Source: Camelus dromedarius (Eukaryota). From it: 64,000 nucleotides of DNA. The stretch is from positions 79,548,001 to 79,612,000 of the forward strand of contig NC_087437.1 in assembly GCF_036321535.1 (NCBI RefSeq), in the 5' to 3' direction. The notes under the pieces were generated by a model, which saw nothing but the letters and a program-made list of their open reading frames with translations, was not told the origin of the DNA and did no database searches. Position 1 is the stretch's first letter, and every line of letters begins with the position of its first letter. Below are positions 27,523-40,609 of this stretch, piece by piece. Made by a program: the position numbers and the translations under genes.

Positions 27523-28265
27523 CTATAAGAAGAAACAGAAGAAACTCAGGTTAAAGCTAAACAGATTTCTATTTCCACCCCTCAAGAAGCCTTCTGCTAT
27601 TATTTTGTTTCCTCTTAAATATTAGTAATACAGAATCATCTACACTGCGTTCTTCTCCTGGTAGGATAATGAAGAGATTGCTATATTAAAATGTTATTCC
27701 CTTAAGCAAGTAAAAACTGAGGCATCTTAGAAATGCTCAATTTTGACTTGATATCAAATCCATCATGTAGACATAGAAAAACATTCTTTAATAGAATTAT
27801 CAAACTTCAGACATAATATCAGGAAACTCCGCAAGTTAAAGCATCAGTGACAAGCCCCTCAAAGTTTGTAACAAAAAGCTGTGAGATGCTAGACAAGAGA
27901 AAAAAACTTAGTCATCTATGCTGTACATTGTCAAACACACAAGCTTCACTGACAAATGAACAACTACCTTGGGGGCTGCAACCCTATTTAAACAATACAG
28001 GCTGGATGAGTTGCAAATTTGCACAACAATTTTGGATTGAACTGAAGAATAAATGAGTTCAAGCATATTAATTCAGTTTCTACCCATCAGAAACTCAAAA
28101 TGTGTACAATGTTTAAGGACTGAAATTTAAAAATATAAACTGAAGAAAAGGTTACCACAACTAGTATCAATTCATCAGCATTCAACTTTAGCAATCAACC
28201 TTACAAATGAACTTAGAACATCAGTATGTGAGCTACACTCATATTTGGGTAGGAATGGTACTTAC

Positions 28266-28330
28266 ACACAAGATCTAATGAACCTGGAACACTTACTGAA
28301 CACACACAGTATACGTATGCAATATGTACC
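28266..28330 (-). other. Candidate internal exon (65 nt, or 34 nt with the alternative donor)
   Basis: Acceptor catttgttcttttccagtcttacag|G; two gtaagt donors (28260-28265 and 28291-28296). Confidence 0.33.
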
Positions 28331-28637
28331 CTGTAAGACTGGAAAAGAACAAATGAAGATGGTCTCTTCGCTTAGGGAGCTTACAGCAAAATATATCCTC
28401 ATAATAAAATATTGATGAAAATGATTCAAATTTTCTGAAAAAAATTCTTTGACAACCCTGCAAAGCTTAAGGGGGGTTATTAAATAAGCCACTTCACTCT
28501 GTCTAATTTGAGGTACTTCACTATAATGGATACCTTCAGCCTGTAGTTTCCCCAAGGTCAATGATCTTGTCCCTCACCTGCAACTAAATTCTCTGTCTCT
28601 AGAAAAGAGCTTGCCAAACACCAGAATATCAGATTCA

Positions 28638-28700
28638 TCCTCTCTCTCTCTTTCTCTCTCCTTCTCTTTCTTTCTCTTTCTTTCTCTCTTTCTCCCCACC
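28638..28700. repeat. CT/CTTT-rich simple repeat
   Basis: Direct inspection. Confidence 0.9.
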
Positions 28701-29059
28701 CTACCTCGGGAAAAACAAGAAGGCAGGAAGAAATTTACATAGATTGAGGCTTTCTCAAGGGAGGAAGGAGAACCTTTTTACTAAATCAGTCTGAAAGCAG
28801 AGACAAAGAGGATTTCTGGTATAACCAGCCTATTTGCTTTCACCTTGAAATCAGTTTCTATTTTGCAGAATCTGGAATCTCACTGTAATATTATACCATT
28901 ACCTACATTGCTTTGTGTTTATCTGAACAGACAGGAACTCCGCAGAATGATTCCTACAGTTTGCTTTAAGCTTAGATGCACAATACTAAGCAATCTATAA
29001 AAATCAAATATGTTTCTACACCAAAACTGAGAACCTTTCAGACAAAGGGAACAGGATTT

Positions 29060-31070
29060 TAAGCTTCTACTTAGTATGTACAATACTAGAAAGAGCACTG
29101 TTTCCCAAAAAAAAAAACAACATAAAAAGCTGGATCTACAAACCAACATTTCCTTGAACTCATTAGGGAACTGAGATCACAGGGCAACAAACCAAAAATC
29201 TGTGGAAAGATAGGATCTTCCAAAGAGAGAGAGGACAGAGCACTTAGTTACCTGGGGCAGATGCAGAAGCTGAAGGGCAAGAAAGAAGAATCCAGCTAAA
29301 ACTTAAACCAATTGCTAAATAATGAGTATGGGCTAGTATGAGAGGCCAGAGCTTCTAGGAGCTGAAAGCCACAAAGGTAATTTATGACCATCTGCAGTAT
29401 TTTCTCAAGAGGTGATCATGAGGAAAATTAGTCAAAGTAAGAGACAGGGAGAGCCCCTGATGATGTGTGTCAAGGGGAGGAGACTTTCATGCAGGAAGGG
29501 CATAAAGCCCCACTCAAAACCTCCCCTGTTGTCCCTTTAGAACAAAAGTTTAAGCCCCTGGTGTAAAGTAGTAAAATAAACTGCTCTCAGGATATCGGTG
29601 GAAAACCCCTGCATCTAGGAGTAGGAAATAAAAACTCACCTCTACTTATGCGGAAGGGGACAAAACACTCAGGACTCGTGTTATTAGAGATTATCCACCA
29701 GGGAAAGAGCAGGATCACTGAGGAGGAGATCCTCACATCCTTGAGACTGGCCGCACACTGCCCGCCTAAGACCAAGGCTGACCCCAAACACCAGGGAATG
29801 TCCGTGCCTTTCACTCCCTCTCCCAGATCATCAAGAGCTGCATGACAGATAACAGCAGTCTACTATGTGGAGAGGGGTGACGCTGTGAAGAAATATCTAA
29901 CATACAAGTGCAAAGAGAAGACCTAAAGCAGAGAATGGAGCAGACATTGATGAAATCTTCCAGAAAACCAGTCTTCACACTAAACAAAAGGCAAAGGTAG
30001 AAAAATTTGAAGTTGGTGGTACAATAAGGGTAACCGTAACAACAACAACGTGGTTCACCTTCTGACTAGAAAACCTCAACCTGGCAAGAAAAGAAGTTTC
30101 ACATTTCCAGGTCTCTATATCTCAGTCTCCGTGCTCCTATACAAGATGTCTGGTGTTCAAGTCGAAACTACAAGAAATACAGAATACAAGCAAAACACAG
30201 CACACTGTTCAGGGACTAATAGAACGAGCCTCATAAGACCCAGATATTGGCACTAACAGACAGAGAATTTTAAATCACTCTATATTCTTTTTATTGATTA
30301 ATGATTAATACATAAAAGTCTGTGGAGCAAAAGGCAGGCAACATGCATAGATAGATGGGGCAAGAGAAACATAAGAAATAATCAAAGGGAAAAACTCGGT
30401 GATAGAAGTGTGCACCACCTTTGACGGGCACATCAATAAACTCAACATAGTAAAGAATCACTGAGCGTGAAAATAGGTCAATAGAAAGAACACACAGAGA
30501 AGCACAAGGAGGTAAAACAAAGTGAAAAATAAAATGAGTTCCAAGATACAACCTAATATATTTGAAAATAAAGTCCCAGAAGTAAAAGACAAATAGAATA
30601 AAGCATAAGAACTGTTTGAAGAGATGATGGCCAAGACTCCCAACTACAAATCCTAGTAGCTCAGCAAACACCAAAAGTATAAACACAGCACACACACACA
30701 CACACACCCTCACCGCCCCCACCTAAGCACATTTCTATCAAACTTTCGAGAGCCAAAGATAAAGAACATATATTTAAAGCACCAGAGAAGGGAAGTCAGA
30801 ATTATAGTAGACTGTTTGCAATAACAATAAGAAATGGAAGGATTTGCCAGGTAATGGAATGGCATGTTAGAGTGCCAGGGCAGGGGGAACTGTTTATTTA
30901 GACCTCTTTATCAGCAAACGTAGCTTTCAAACACGAAGACATACATTTCAAGAGAGGGGCTTCTAAAACAGCAGAGTGAGGATCTCTGGCGAATCCCCTC
31001 ACTGGCACAACTATTTAACTGATGAAAATTATTAAAAACAAACAAACAAAACCCAAGCACTGTAGGAAGG
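29060..31070 (+). mobile_element. Ancient L1M 5' UTR/ORF1 remnants
   Basis: ORF1-like words (cagatattggcactaacagacagagaattttaaa, aaagtcccagaag, tgtttgaagagatgatggccaag, agaattatagtagact) downstream of an L1M-like 5' UTR. Confidence 0.7.
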
Positions 31071-31073
31071 GCA

Positions 31074-31513
31074 TGCACTAGTTTCCTATCATTGCTGTAA
31101 CAAATTACCACAAACTTGATGACTTAAATGACATACATTTTCTTATAGTCCTGGAGTTCAGAAGTGCAAAATAGGTGTCTCAGCTAAAATTGAAGTTATA
31201 GGTAAATACACATTCCTCCTGAAGGCTTTGAGAAGAATCCAATCCCCTGCCTTCCTTAGTTTATGGCCTCTTTATATCTTCAAAGCCAGCAATAAATGGT
31301 AGAATCTTTCTTACATTGCATCACTCTGATGACTGACACTCCTTCCTCCCCCTCCTCATTTTAATCCAGGATAATCTCTTCATTTTAATATAAATTTATT
31401 AGCAGTCTTAATTCCATTTGCCAACTTAACCCCCCTTTGCCATGTTAATCAGCAGAACCTGTGAATGCTGTGTAAGACAGGGACATATTATGGGGCCATT
31501 ATTGTGTCTACAG
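31074..31513 (-). mobile_element. MaLR solo LTR (MLT1C/D-like)
   Basis: tagtttcctatcattgctgtaacaaattaccacaaact...tcttcaaagccagcaat...aatccaggataatct...ggggccattattgtgtctac. Confidence 0.85.
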
Positions 31514-31713
31514 NNNNNNNNNNNNNNNNNNNNNNNNNNNNNNNNNNNNNNNNNNNNNNNNNNNNNNNNNNNNNNNNNNNNNNNNNNNNNNNNNNNNNNN
31601 NNNNNNNNNNNNNNNNNNNNNNNNNNNNNNNNNNNNNNNNNNNNNNNNNNNNNNNNNNNNNNNNNNNNNNNNNNNNNNNNNNNNNNNNNNNNNNNNNNNN
31701 NNNNNNNNNNNNN
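31514..31713. other. Assembly gap (200 N)
   Basis: Exactly 200 N, suggesting a placeholder scaffold join of unknown true size. Confidence 0.99.
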
Positions 31714-32199
31714 AACTGGCAATATTAATCAAAGAAAGGAAGGATCAAATAAACAATAGGAGGAAGAAAATGGTGCATACTAGTTTGCAGCATAAATTAA
31801 AATATTAATAGGTGAATAGTATAGATTTTTAAACTTAAAACTTAGATGAAATGTGTAAAATTAATCCACTAGAGATATATGAATGTCTTATAATCATTAA
31901 CATATTCAATCAATTACATAACACCAGAAGCCTGTAATGTTTTATAGGCAAAAAACATGTATACTAACAGAAATCAATGATTCCAGTATTACTCAACTCT
32001 TCAAGAATATTAAAAAGGAATTCTTATCTCATGAATCTATTAAAACCTCGTTAAACATACCACACACATATACACAAGCAGAAAGGACAGTATATAACAG
32101 GCAAAAGTGGCAAAATCATTAATAAATAATATTGATTTAAAATTACATCATTAAGTTTTGGGGTGCTTTGTGACACAGCAATAGACAACTGGAATTAAG

Positions 32200-33760
32200 T
32201 TTATGAAAACTTTGTATTTGACAAAGATGACAGTGCAGATCACTGGAAAAGGATAGACTACTAATAAATATAGCACAGAGTATTTTTTAAATAGAAAGAG
32301 GGAAACTTCCTTATTCTACAAAAAAAAAAAAAAGACAGATTAAGGACTTAAGTGAGAAAGGAAAAACTTTAAAAGTTTTGAGTATTAAAAAATTATCTAA
32401 AGGGAGAACATATTTACAAAACAAGTAACTAAGCATTTCAATCTAGAATATTAAAAAAAAATCTATATATCACAATAACCAAGTAGAAAAAAGGACAGGA
32501 GACTTTAACAAATATTTCACCAAGCTGATATACAATGGCCAACAAGCCTATGCAAAACTTCAGTGATTAAATAAAATTCTTATTTTATGGCAACATAAGA
32601 AAATTAAAACATAAAATATTTCTTTGCCCCTATGGGCCTCCTCCCTCCTCTTCAGTGTGTTTTGTCCATCTGCATTAACCAGACCTCCTTAGGAGGTAAT
32701 ATTCCTTCTTAATCTCACAAAAAAAGTCACAACTCATTAGAAGGTAATCTTCCTTTTTAATCGTGTAAGGAGTCACAATAATCCATTACTCACCAATTGC
32801 TTTGTTAGATTTGGATCGTGTAAACTGTCAATAATATGTCATTTCTTGTATAACTCTGTCTTAAAAATGAGTGTAACTCTACTTTGACCTCTAACAGGTA
32901 GAACAGTTCTCAGAGCTTCCTGAGAGACTTGTCTCCAGGGTTACAATCCTCAGGTTGACTTGAATAAAATTTTCATTTCTTTTTAAATTGACTATTAAAT
33001 TTTTTTCAATGATATTAACCTCACTAATAATCAGAGAAGTGAAAATTAAAAGCACTATATGATAAAACTAGCTAAAAATTAAAGGCAATACTAAGTGTTA
33101 GTTTGAATGTGGGGAAAGGGGAACTCTCATACGCTGCTAAGAGTGCAAATTGGTAAAATCACATTGGAAAACTTTTGACATCACCTTCAGAAACTAAATA
33201 TTTGTATACCTTTTGACTCAGCAGTTTAACTCCAAGAATATACGTAGAAGAAATTTTCAGTCATTTACACTAAGAAAAGTGACAAGAATATTCATAGCTG
33301 CATTATTCACAAGAGCCCAAGACTAGAAACAACCTACATTTTCAACAAGAATAAAGTGGATAAGGAAATGATATATTTGTGTAATAGTGTACAGCAATAA
33401 ATGAACCAACTTTGAAAAATCTGTTGCTTTTCACTACAGAAAGGAAGAAAGTCACAAACATACTACTGAGTGACAGTAGCTATTCAAAATCTAGATAGAC
33501 TAAATTTTAACATTTGATGTTTCATACTTATAATTTTTTTCAAGTAAAATAATTAATGAGCAAAATAATCCAATATGGTGGTTATATTTGTGGGAAATCA
33601 TTAAGTCAATGTCCTGCTGCAGCTTTCCAAAGCAGCAGACACCAAAACAATGATTGGTGTCTTGACCTTGCTGGTAGTTATGTTAGTATTCTTGAGATGC
33701 ACATTGTTTTGCACTAATTTTTATATGTGTGTTTGATATCATAAATTAGGTTAAAATGAT
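32200..33760 (+). mobile_element. Ancient L1ME ORF2 3' part and 3' UTR, interrupted by an LTR
   Basis: tatttgacaaag, caatggccaacaagcctatg / cctcactaataatcagagaa, gaactctcatacgctgct, agaatattcatagctgcattattcac. Confidence 0.8.
32551..33013 (+). mobile_element. ERV1-type solo LTR (MER34-like end)
   Basis: gaacagttctcagagcttcctgagagact...ggttacaatcctcaggttgacttgAATAAAattt...ttttttcaatgata; it interrupts contiguous L1ME sequence. Confidence 0.65.
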
Positions 33761-36591
33761 TTTGAACTGAAGAATTAAGTTAAGGAAATAAATACTCACC
33801 AGCTTTCAATTTTAGTATTGCAGATGTTTCCTTAATATAAAAGTTTATCAACTTGGGTAAATTGGTAAATGTTTGTTAAAAATGTCTAAAGGGGAAGGGG
33901 CATGGGGATCAAGATAGCAGAGTAGGAGGATGGGGAGCTCACCTCCCCCTCACAAATACATCAAAAATACATCTACACAAGGAACAGTTCTCACAGAAAA
34001 CCAACTGGAAACTAGCAGAAGACCTATATAACAAAAGCTGCAAGAAATATCTCCATGTAACTGGTTAGCATGGGGAAACAAAGGGCATCAGGATGGGACC
34101 AGTGCCCCTTGGAGGGATCTGTAAAGATGAGAAATTTCACAGGGGCAGATTCTTACCCTGCGGAGCCCCCAAGCCTGCTGAGAAATCAGCTGGGAAAGAA
34201 AAAGGGGCTGGAAAAGCCTAGATTCCACTCACAAAGAGTGTACATACTGCATTTCTAACAATCAGAGAAGAGAGAGACCTATGCTGGCAGCTGCCTGGGG
34301 TGTGGTCCAGAGGAAGCCTCAAGGCACATTGCCAGCGTATGCACAGCAGCACAGATGTCGGCTGTGGGGGCCACTGTTAGTGCACGCATGGGTGGCATCA
34401 CAGCAGCATGCAGCAGCTGGGTGCTGAGTCTCAGGCAGACAGGCCTGGGCAGGAGTACTCATGCGGTTCTTCTCCTGGAGGGAGAACTCTGGCTCCACCC
34501 ACTCCACTCTGCATCCTAGTCCCGGAGAGCAGCATAGCCACCTTAATTCCTGCAGTCACAGCACCCAGACCTCTGGCCCCAGCCAACGCCACACCACAGC
34601 CTAGCATTAAGTCTGCAACAAACATAATAAAGAAAGGACAGAACTGTGGACACTTGCACAGTGGTACATAGGTTCACTGTGAACACACAGGACTCACTTG
34701 CTTCAGTAGTCACCTGCTAAGGGGCAAGGCACACACTCAAGGGTAACAAAACCTAATCAAACCCAATCCTCAGGGTTTCTACTCTAACAATTGAGGAGTA
34801 GACTCCACCCCTGACAGGGCAGTGACAGCCATGGAGCAAAGAGGAGGCCCTGTCCCACATTCAGCCCAAGCTTTGGACACCACCACACCAATCACATCCC
34901 TTAGCAAATAGATAATGGCCAGCACATTCACCCCAAAAAACACTGGATTCACACAGTCTACAAAGGGACACTTTCACACAAAAACACCCCTTCCACATCA
35001 CAGTAGGTAACTTTTTCTATCACTATGAATTTACGAGAAACAGTTAAGTGAAGAGGCAGAGTAATTACTCCCAGTTAAAAGACAAGAGATCCCCTTAAAG
35101 AAGAAATAATGAAACAGATCTAGCCACTGTACTAGGCCCTGAGAATCCAAAAAGGAGGTAATAACAATGTTAAGGAATTTAAAAAGATAGTTAATAGAAA
35201 GGTAGAACTCTAGAACTAGAAACCAATCAAAATTAGACAATTCAGTTGCTGAGATAAAAAGACCAACCTAGAAGCAATGAATAGCAGATTAAATAATACA
35301 GAAGAAAGAAAGAATAATCTGGGAGACAGAATAATGGAAATCATCCAATCAGAACTGCAGACAGAAAGACAAGTGAAAAAATAAAAGCAAAATACAAGAT
35401 CTATGAGGTGATACAAAATATATCAACCTATACATAATAGGCGCTCCAGAAGGAGGAGAGAGAGGGGATTAAAATTTTATTTGAATAAATTATGGCTGAA
35501 AATTTGCCTAAAGAAAGAAATGGATATCCAGGTACAGGAAATACAGAGGGTCCCAAACAAGATGAACACACACACATGAGAGGATTCTTAAGGCAGCAAG
35601 TGAAGAATTCAGTTACAAGGGAAGCACCATAAGGTATCAGCTGATTTCTCTAAACAAACTTTGCAGGCTAGAAGGGAAGGACACAGTATATTCAAAGTCC
35701 TGAAAGGGAAAACCCTGCAACCTGTGATACTCTACCCAGCAAGATAATCATTTAGAATATGACACATAACAAATTTCTCAGAAAAGCAAAAATGAAAGAA
35801 TTCAGCAATACTAAACCTATCCTAAAAGAAATATTAAAAGGTATTCTCTAAATAGAGAAGAAGCAAGAGTCTATGGGAAAGGGAAAAATCAAAATAGGAA
35901 AGGGAAGTATATAAAAGGACTGAAGAACACTTAAAAACCTGCTGCATAAATTAAAAAACAATCAAAATTTTGTAAAAGCTATTAAGACTACAATTAACAG
36001 CAAAAGGAAAAACATGCAAATGTGAAGTAGAATATTGAAATCACAAGATATGGGGGGCAGAGTATAAATATACAGATCCTTTAGAATGTGTTAGAACTTC
36101 TATGACTATCCATTTAAAGCAAGTAGATGCAGTTACGGGTCAATGTATGTGTATCCAAGGTAACCACAAATCAAAAACATACAATAGATTACCAAAAAGG
36201 GAAAAAAAAAAAAAAAAAAAGGAACTCAAGCATACTATAATAAAAATCATCAAAACACAAAAGGAAAAACAAAAAAATGAACAAAGAAGAATCACAAAAA
36301 CAACTTTAAAAAAAAGGCCTAAAATGGGAATATGAATATACATATCAATAATTACTTTAAATGGCAATGGACTAAATGCTCCTCAGATCAAAAGATACAA
36401 AGCAGCAAACTGGATGAAAAAACAAGAACTTACACCACACTGCCTAAAAGAGACTCACTTCAGAACAAAAGACATACACACATTGGAAGTAAGGGAATGA
36501 AAAAAGACATTTCATGATAATGGAAATATTAAGAAAGTCAGGGTAGCAATACTAATGTCAGAAAAAAAACAGATTTTAAAACTAAAGTCAT

Positions 36592-36746
36592 GGGGGGACA
36601 GGATAGCTTAAGTGGTAGAGAGTGTGCTTAGCATGCATGAGGTCCTAGGTTCAATCCCCATTACCTCCTCCACAAATAACTTAATTACCTCACCCTCCAC
36701 CAAAATAAAAATTTCATAAAATCAAGCTCATTAAAAAATAAAAAAG
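36592..36746 (+). mobile_element. Vic-1-type tRNA-derived SINE (camelid)
   Basis: A box tagcttaagtgg, gcttagcatgcatgaggtcct, B box ggttcaatccc, taattacctc...ccaccaaaa tail. TSD aaac(t/a)aaagtcat at 36579-36591 and 36747-36759. Confidence 0.9.
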
Positions 36747-36994
36747 AAACAAAAGTCATAAAGACAAAGAAGGATTTTATATAATGATAAAGCAATCAAC
36801 AGAAGAGGATATTACAGTCATTAAAATACATGTTCCCAATATAGAAGCACCTAAATATATAAAACAAATACTAAGACATAAAAGGAGAAGATGAAAGGAA
36901 TACAATAGTAATAGGAAACTAAGCCCCACTGACATCAATGAAATATCAGAAATGGAAAGTTAAAAAAAATCCATCTATAATTGTGTCAAAAAGT

Positions 36995-39900
36995 CAGATC
37001 TTCCAGAAAGAAAATCAGTAAGGCAATGGAGAAACTAAATGACACGACAGAACAATTGGACTTGGTTGATATTTTCAGAACATTACATCCCCCCCCAATA
37101 AAATATACATTCTTTTCTAGCACACATGGAACATTTTCTAGGATAGATCATGTACTCAGGCAGAAAATAAGCCTCAACAAATTTAAGAGGATGGAAATTA
37201 CTTTAAAGCAAGTTTTCTAACCACAATGCCATGAAACTAGCAATCAAACACAGAAAAACAAAGGAGAAAAAAATGACAGCATGGAGATTAAACAACATGC
37301 TACCAAAATATCAATAGGTCAATGATGACATCAAAGAAGAAATTAAAAAATACTTTGAGACAAACGACAATGAATACACAACCACAGAAAACCTATGGGA
37401 TACAGCAAAAGTATTCCTAAGAGAGAATTTCATAGTAATACAGGCCTTCCTCAAAAAAGAACAATCTCAAATAAACAAGCTAAGCTACCACCTAAAAAAA
37501 TTAGAAAAAGAAGAGTAACAAAATGAAAAGTCAGCAGAAGGAAGGAAACAATAAAGATCAGGGAGGAAATAAATAAAATACAGATCTAAAAAAAATAGAA
37601 AAAAAATCAAACCAAGGGCTGTTTGTTTTGAAACAGTAAACAAAATTGACAAACCTCGGCCAGGCTCACCAAGAAGAAGAGACAACACAATAACCAAAGT
37701 AAGAAAGGAAAATGGTGAAATTACAACCAATACCACAGAAATACAAAATATCATAAGAGAATACTATGAACAAACTATATGGAAATAAAATGGATGACCT
37801 AGAAGAAATGGACACATTTCTGGAAACATACAGTCCACCAAGACTGAATCAAGAAGAAATAGACCACTTAACAGACTGACCACTAGAAATGAAATAGAAC
37901 CAGCAATTAAAAGAAACCTCCCTACAAATAATAGTCCAGGACCAGATGGCTTCACTGGGGAATTCTACCAAATATACGAAGAACCATACCGATCCCTCTC
38001 AAACTCTTCCAAAAGACCGAAAAGGAGGGAGTACTCTTAAACTAATTCTATGAAGCCACCATCACCCTGATACCAAAACCAGACAAAGATACTACCGAAA
38101 AAGAAAATTACAGGCCAATGTCACTGATGAACATAGATGTAAAAATCCTCAACAAAATATTAAGAAACAGAATACAGCAGCACATAAAAAATATTGTACA
38201 CAATGATCAAGTTGGATTCATCCCAGGGACACAAGGTTCATTCAACATACACAAATCAATCAATGTGAAACACTACATCAACAAAACAAAGGACAAAAAT
38301 CACACAATCATCTCAATAGATGCAGGGAAAAAAAACTGGTAAAATTCAACACCCATTTATAATAAAAACCCTTACCAAAGTGGGTATAGAGGGAACATAT
38401 CTCTACATAATAAAGCTATTTATGACAAACTTGCAACCAGCATAGTACTCAGATGAAAAACTGAAAACCTTCCCACTAAAATCTGGAACAAGACAAGGAT
38501 GCCCACTCTCATCACTTCTATTCAACATAGTCTTGGAAGTCCTAGCCACAGCAATCAGGCAAGAAAAATAAATAAAAGGGATCCAAATTGGAAGAGGTAA
38601 AATTGTCACTATATGCAGATGACATGATAATACACATAGAAAATCCTAAAAGCTTCACACAAAAAAACTACTAGAGCTAATAAAAGAATTCCACAAGGTA
38701 GTAGGATACAAGATTAACATACAAAAATCAGTTGCATTTCTTTACACTAACAATGAATCAATAGGAAAAGAAAGTAAAGAAGCAATCCCTTTTAAAATTG
38801 CATCCAAAACAATAAAATACTTACAAATAAATCTGATCAAGGAGAAGAGAGATTTATACATGGAGAACCACAAAACATTAATTAAGGAAATTAAAGAAGA
38901 CTTAGAGAAATGGAAAGATAACCCATGCTCTTGGATTGGAAAAATCAATATCATTAAAATGACCATAGTCAATCTACAGATTTAATGTGATCCCTATCAA
39001 ATTACACAGGACTCTTTTTTTTTTTTTTAAAGAACTGGAACAAGTGATCCTAAGATTTGTATGGAATCACAAAAGACCCGAAATTGCCAAAGCAATATTG
39101 AAGGAAAGGAGTGAAGCTCCCAGACTTTAGACAGTATTGTAGAGCTACAATTATCAAAACAGCATGATATTGGCATTAAAAACAGACGTGGAACGATGGA
39201 ACAGAACAGAGAACCCAGAAATAAATCCACAGACCTATAGTCAATTAATCTTTGACAAAGGAGGCAAGAATATATAATGGAAAAAAGACAGTCTCTTGAG
39301 TAAGGGGTGCTGGGAAAACTGGATAGCAGTATGTAAATCAATGAAGTTAGAACACTCCCTCACTCCATACACAAAAATAAACTCAAAATGGCTTAAAGAC
39401 TTATACATAAGACAAGACATGATAAATCTCCTAGAAGAAAACACAGGCAAAACATTGTCTGACATAAATCTTAGCAATGTTCTCCTAGGGCAGTCTACCC
39501 AGGCAATGGACATAAGAACAAAAACAAACAAATGGGACCTAATTAAACTAGTAAGCTTTGGCAGAGCAAAGAAAACCATCAGCAAAACAAAACAACAACC
39601 TATGATATGAGAGAAAAGTATTTGCAAATGATGTGACTGACAAGAGCTTAATTTCCAGAATATATAAACGGTTCATACAACTTAGTAACAAACAAACAAA
39701 CAGACAAAAATAACCAAATCCAAAAATGGGTGGAATACCTAAATACGCAATTCTCCAATGAAGACATACAAATGGCCAATAGGCACATGAAAAAAATGCT
39801 CAATATCACTAATTATCAGAGAAATGCAAATCAAGGTACAATGAGATATCACCTCACATCAGTCAGAAAGGCAATCATTAAAAAGGTCACCAACAATAAA

Positions 39901-40609
39901 TGCTGGAGAGGGTGTGGAGAAAAGGGAACCCTCCTACACTGTTGGTGGGAATGTAGTTTGGTGCAGCCATTATGGAAAACAGTTTGGCGGTTCCTCAAAA
40001 AAAACTAAAAATATACTTGCTATATGATCAAACAATCCCACTTCTGGGTATATATCTGGAGGGAACTCTAATCAGAAAAGATACATGCACCCCAATGTTC
40101 ATAGAAACACTATATACAATAGCTAAGACATGGAAGCAACCTAAATGTCCACTGACAGAAGACTGGATAAAGAAATTGTGGTATACTTACACAATAGCAT
40201 ACTTTTCTGCCATAAAAAATAATAAAATAATGCCATTTGCAGCAACATGAATGGACCTAGAGATCATCATTCTAAGTGAAGTAAGCCAGAAAAAGAAAAA
40301 TACTATATGATAGCACTTTTATGTGGAATCTTAAAAAAAAAAAAGTACACTATGGTTACTGGGGAAAGAGGGTGGTAAGGGATAAATTTGGGAGTTTGAG
40401 ATTTACAAAAGTTAGCCACTATATACATAAAGAGATTTTTTTAATAAGTTTCTTCTGTATAGCACAAGGAAATATGTTCAATATATTGTAATAATCTTTA
40501 ATGGAAATATATGAAAACTAATATAGGTATGTATATGCATGGCTGAGATATTGTGCTGTACATCAGAAATTGATTGACTGCACTTCCATTAAAATAAATA
40601 AATAAATTA
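36995..40609 (+). mobile_element. Younger 5'-truncated L1 (ORF2 endonuclease end, RT, Cys domain, 3' UTR) nested in the host L1
   Basis: ORF2 fragments ([30 protein letters not shown], tatgcagatgacatg = [23 protein letters not shown]); distinct 3' UTR; (AAAT)n tail. Perfect 16-bp TSD aattgtgtcaaaaagt at 36979-36994 and 40610-40625. Frameshifted and inactive. Confidence 0.95.

Noticed and set aside
31426..31759. ORFs spanning the N run
   Set aside because: Artefacts of the assembly gap.
36592..36670. tRNA-Ala-like gene
   Set aside because: It has a SINE tail and TSD and sits inside an L1, so it is a SINE head rather than a tRNA gene.
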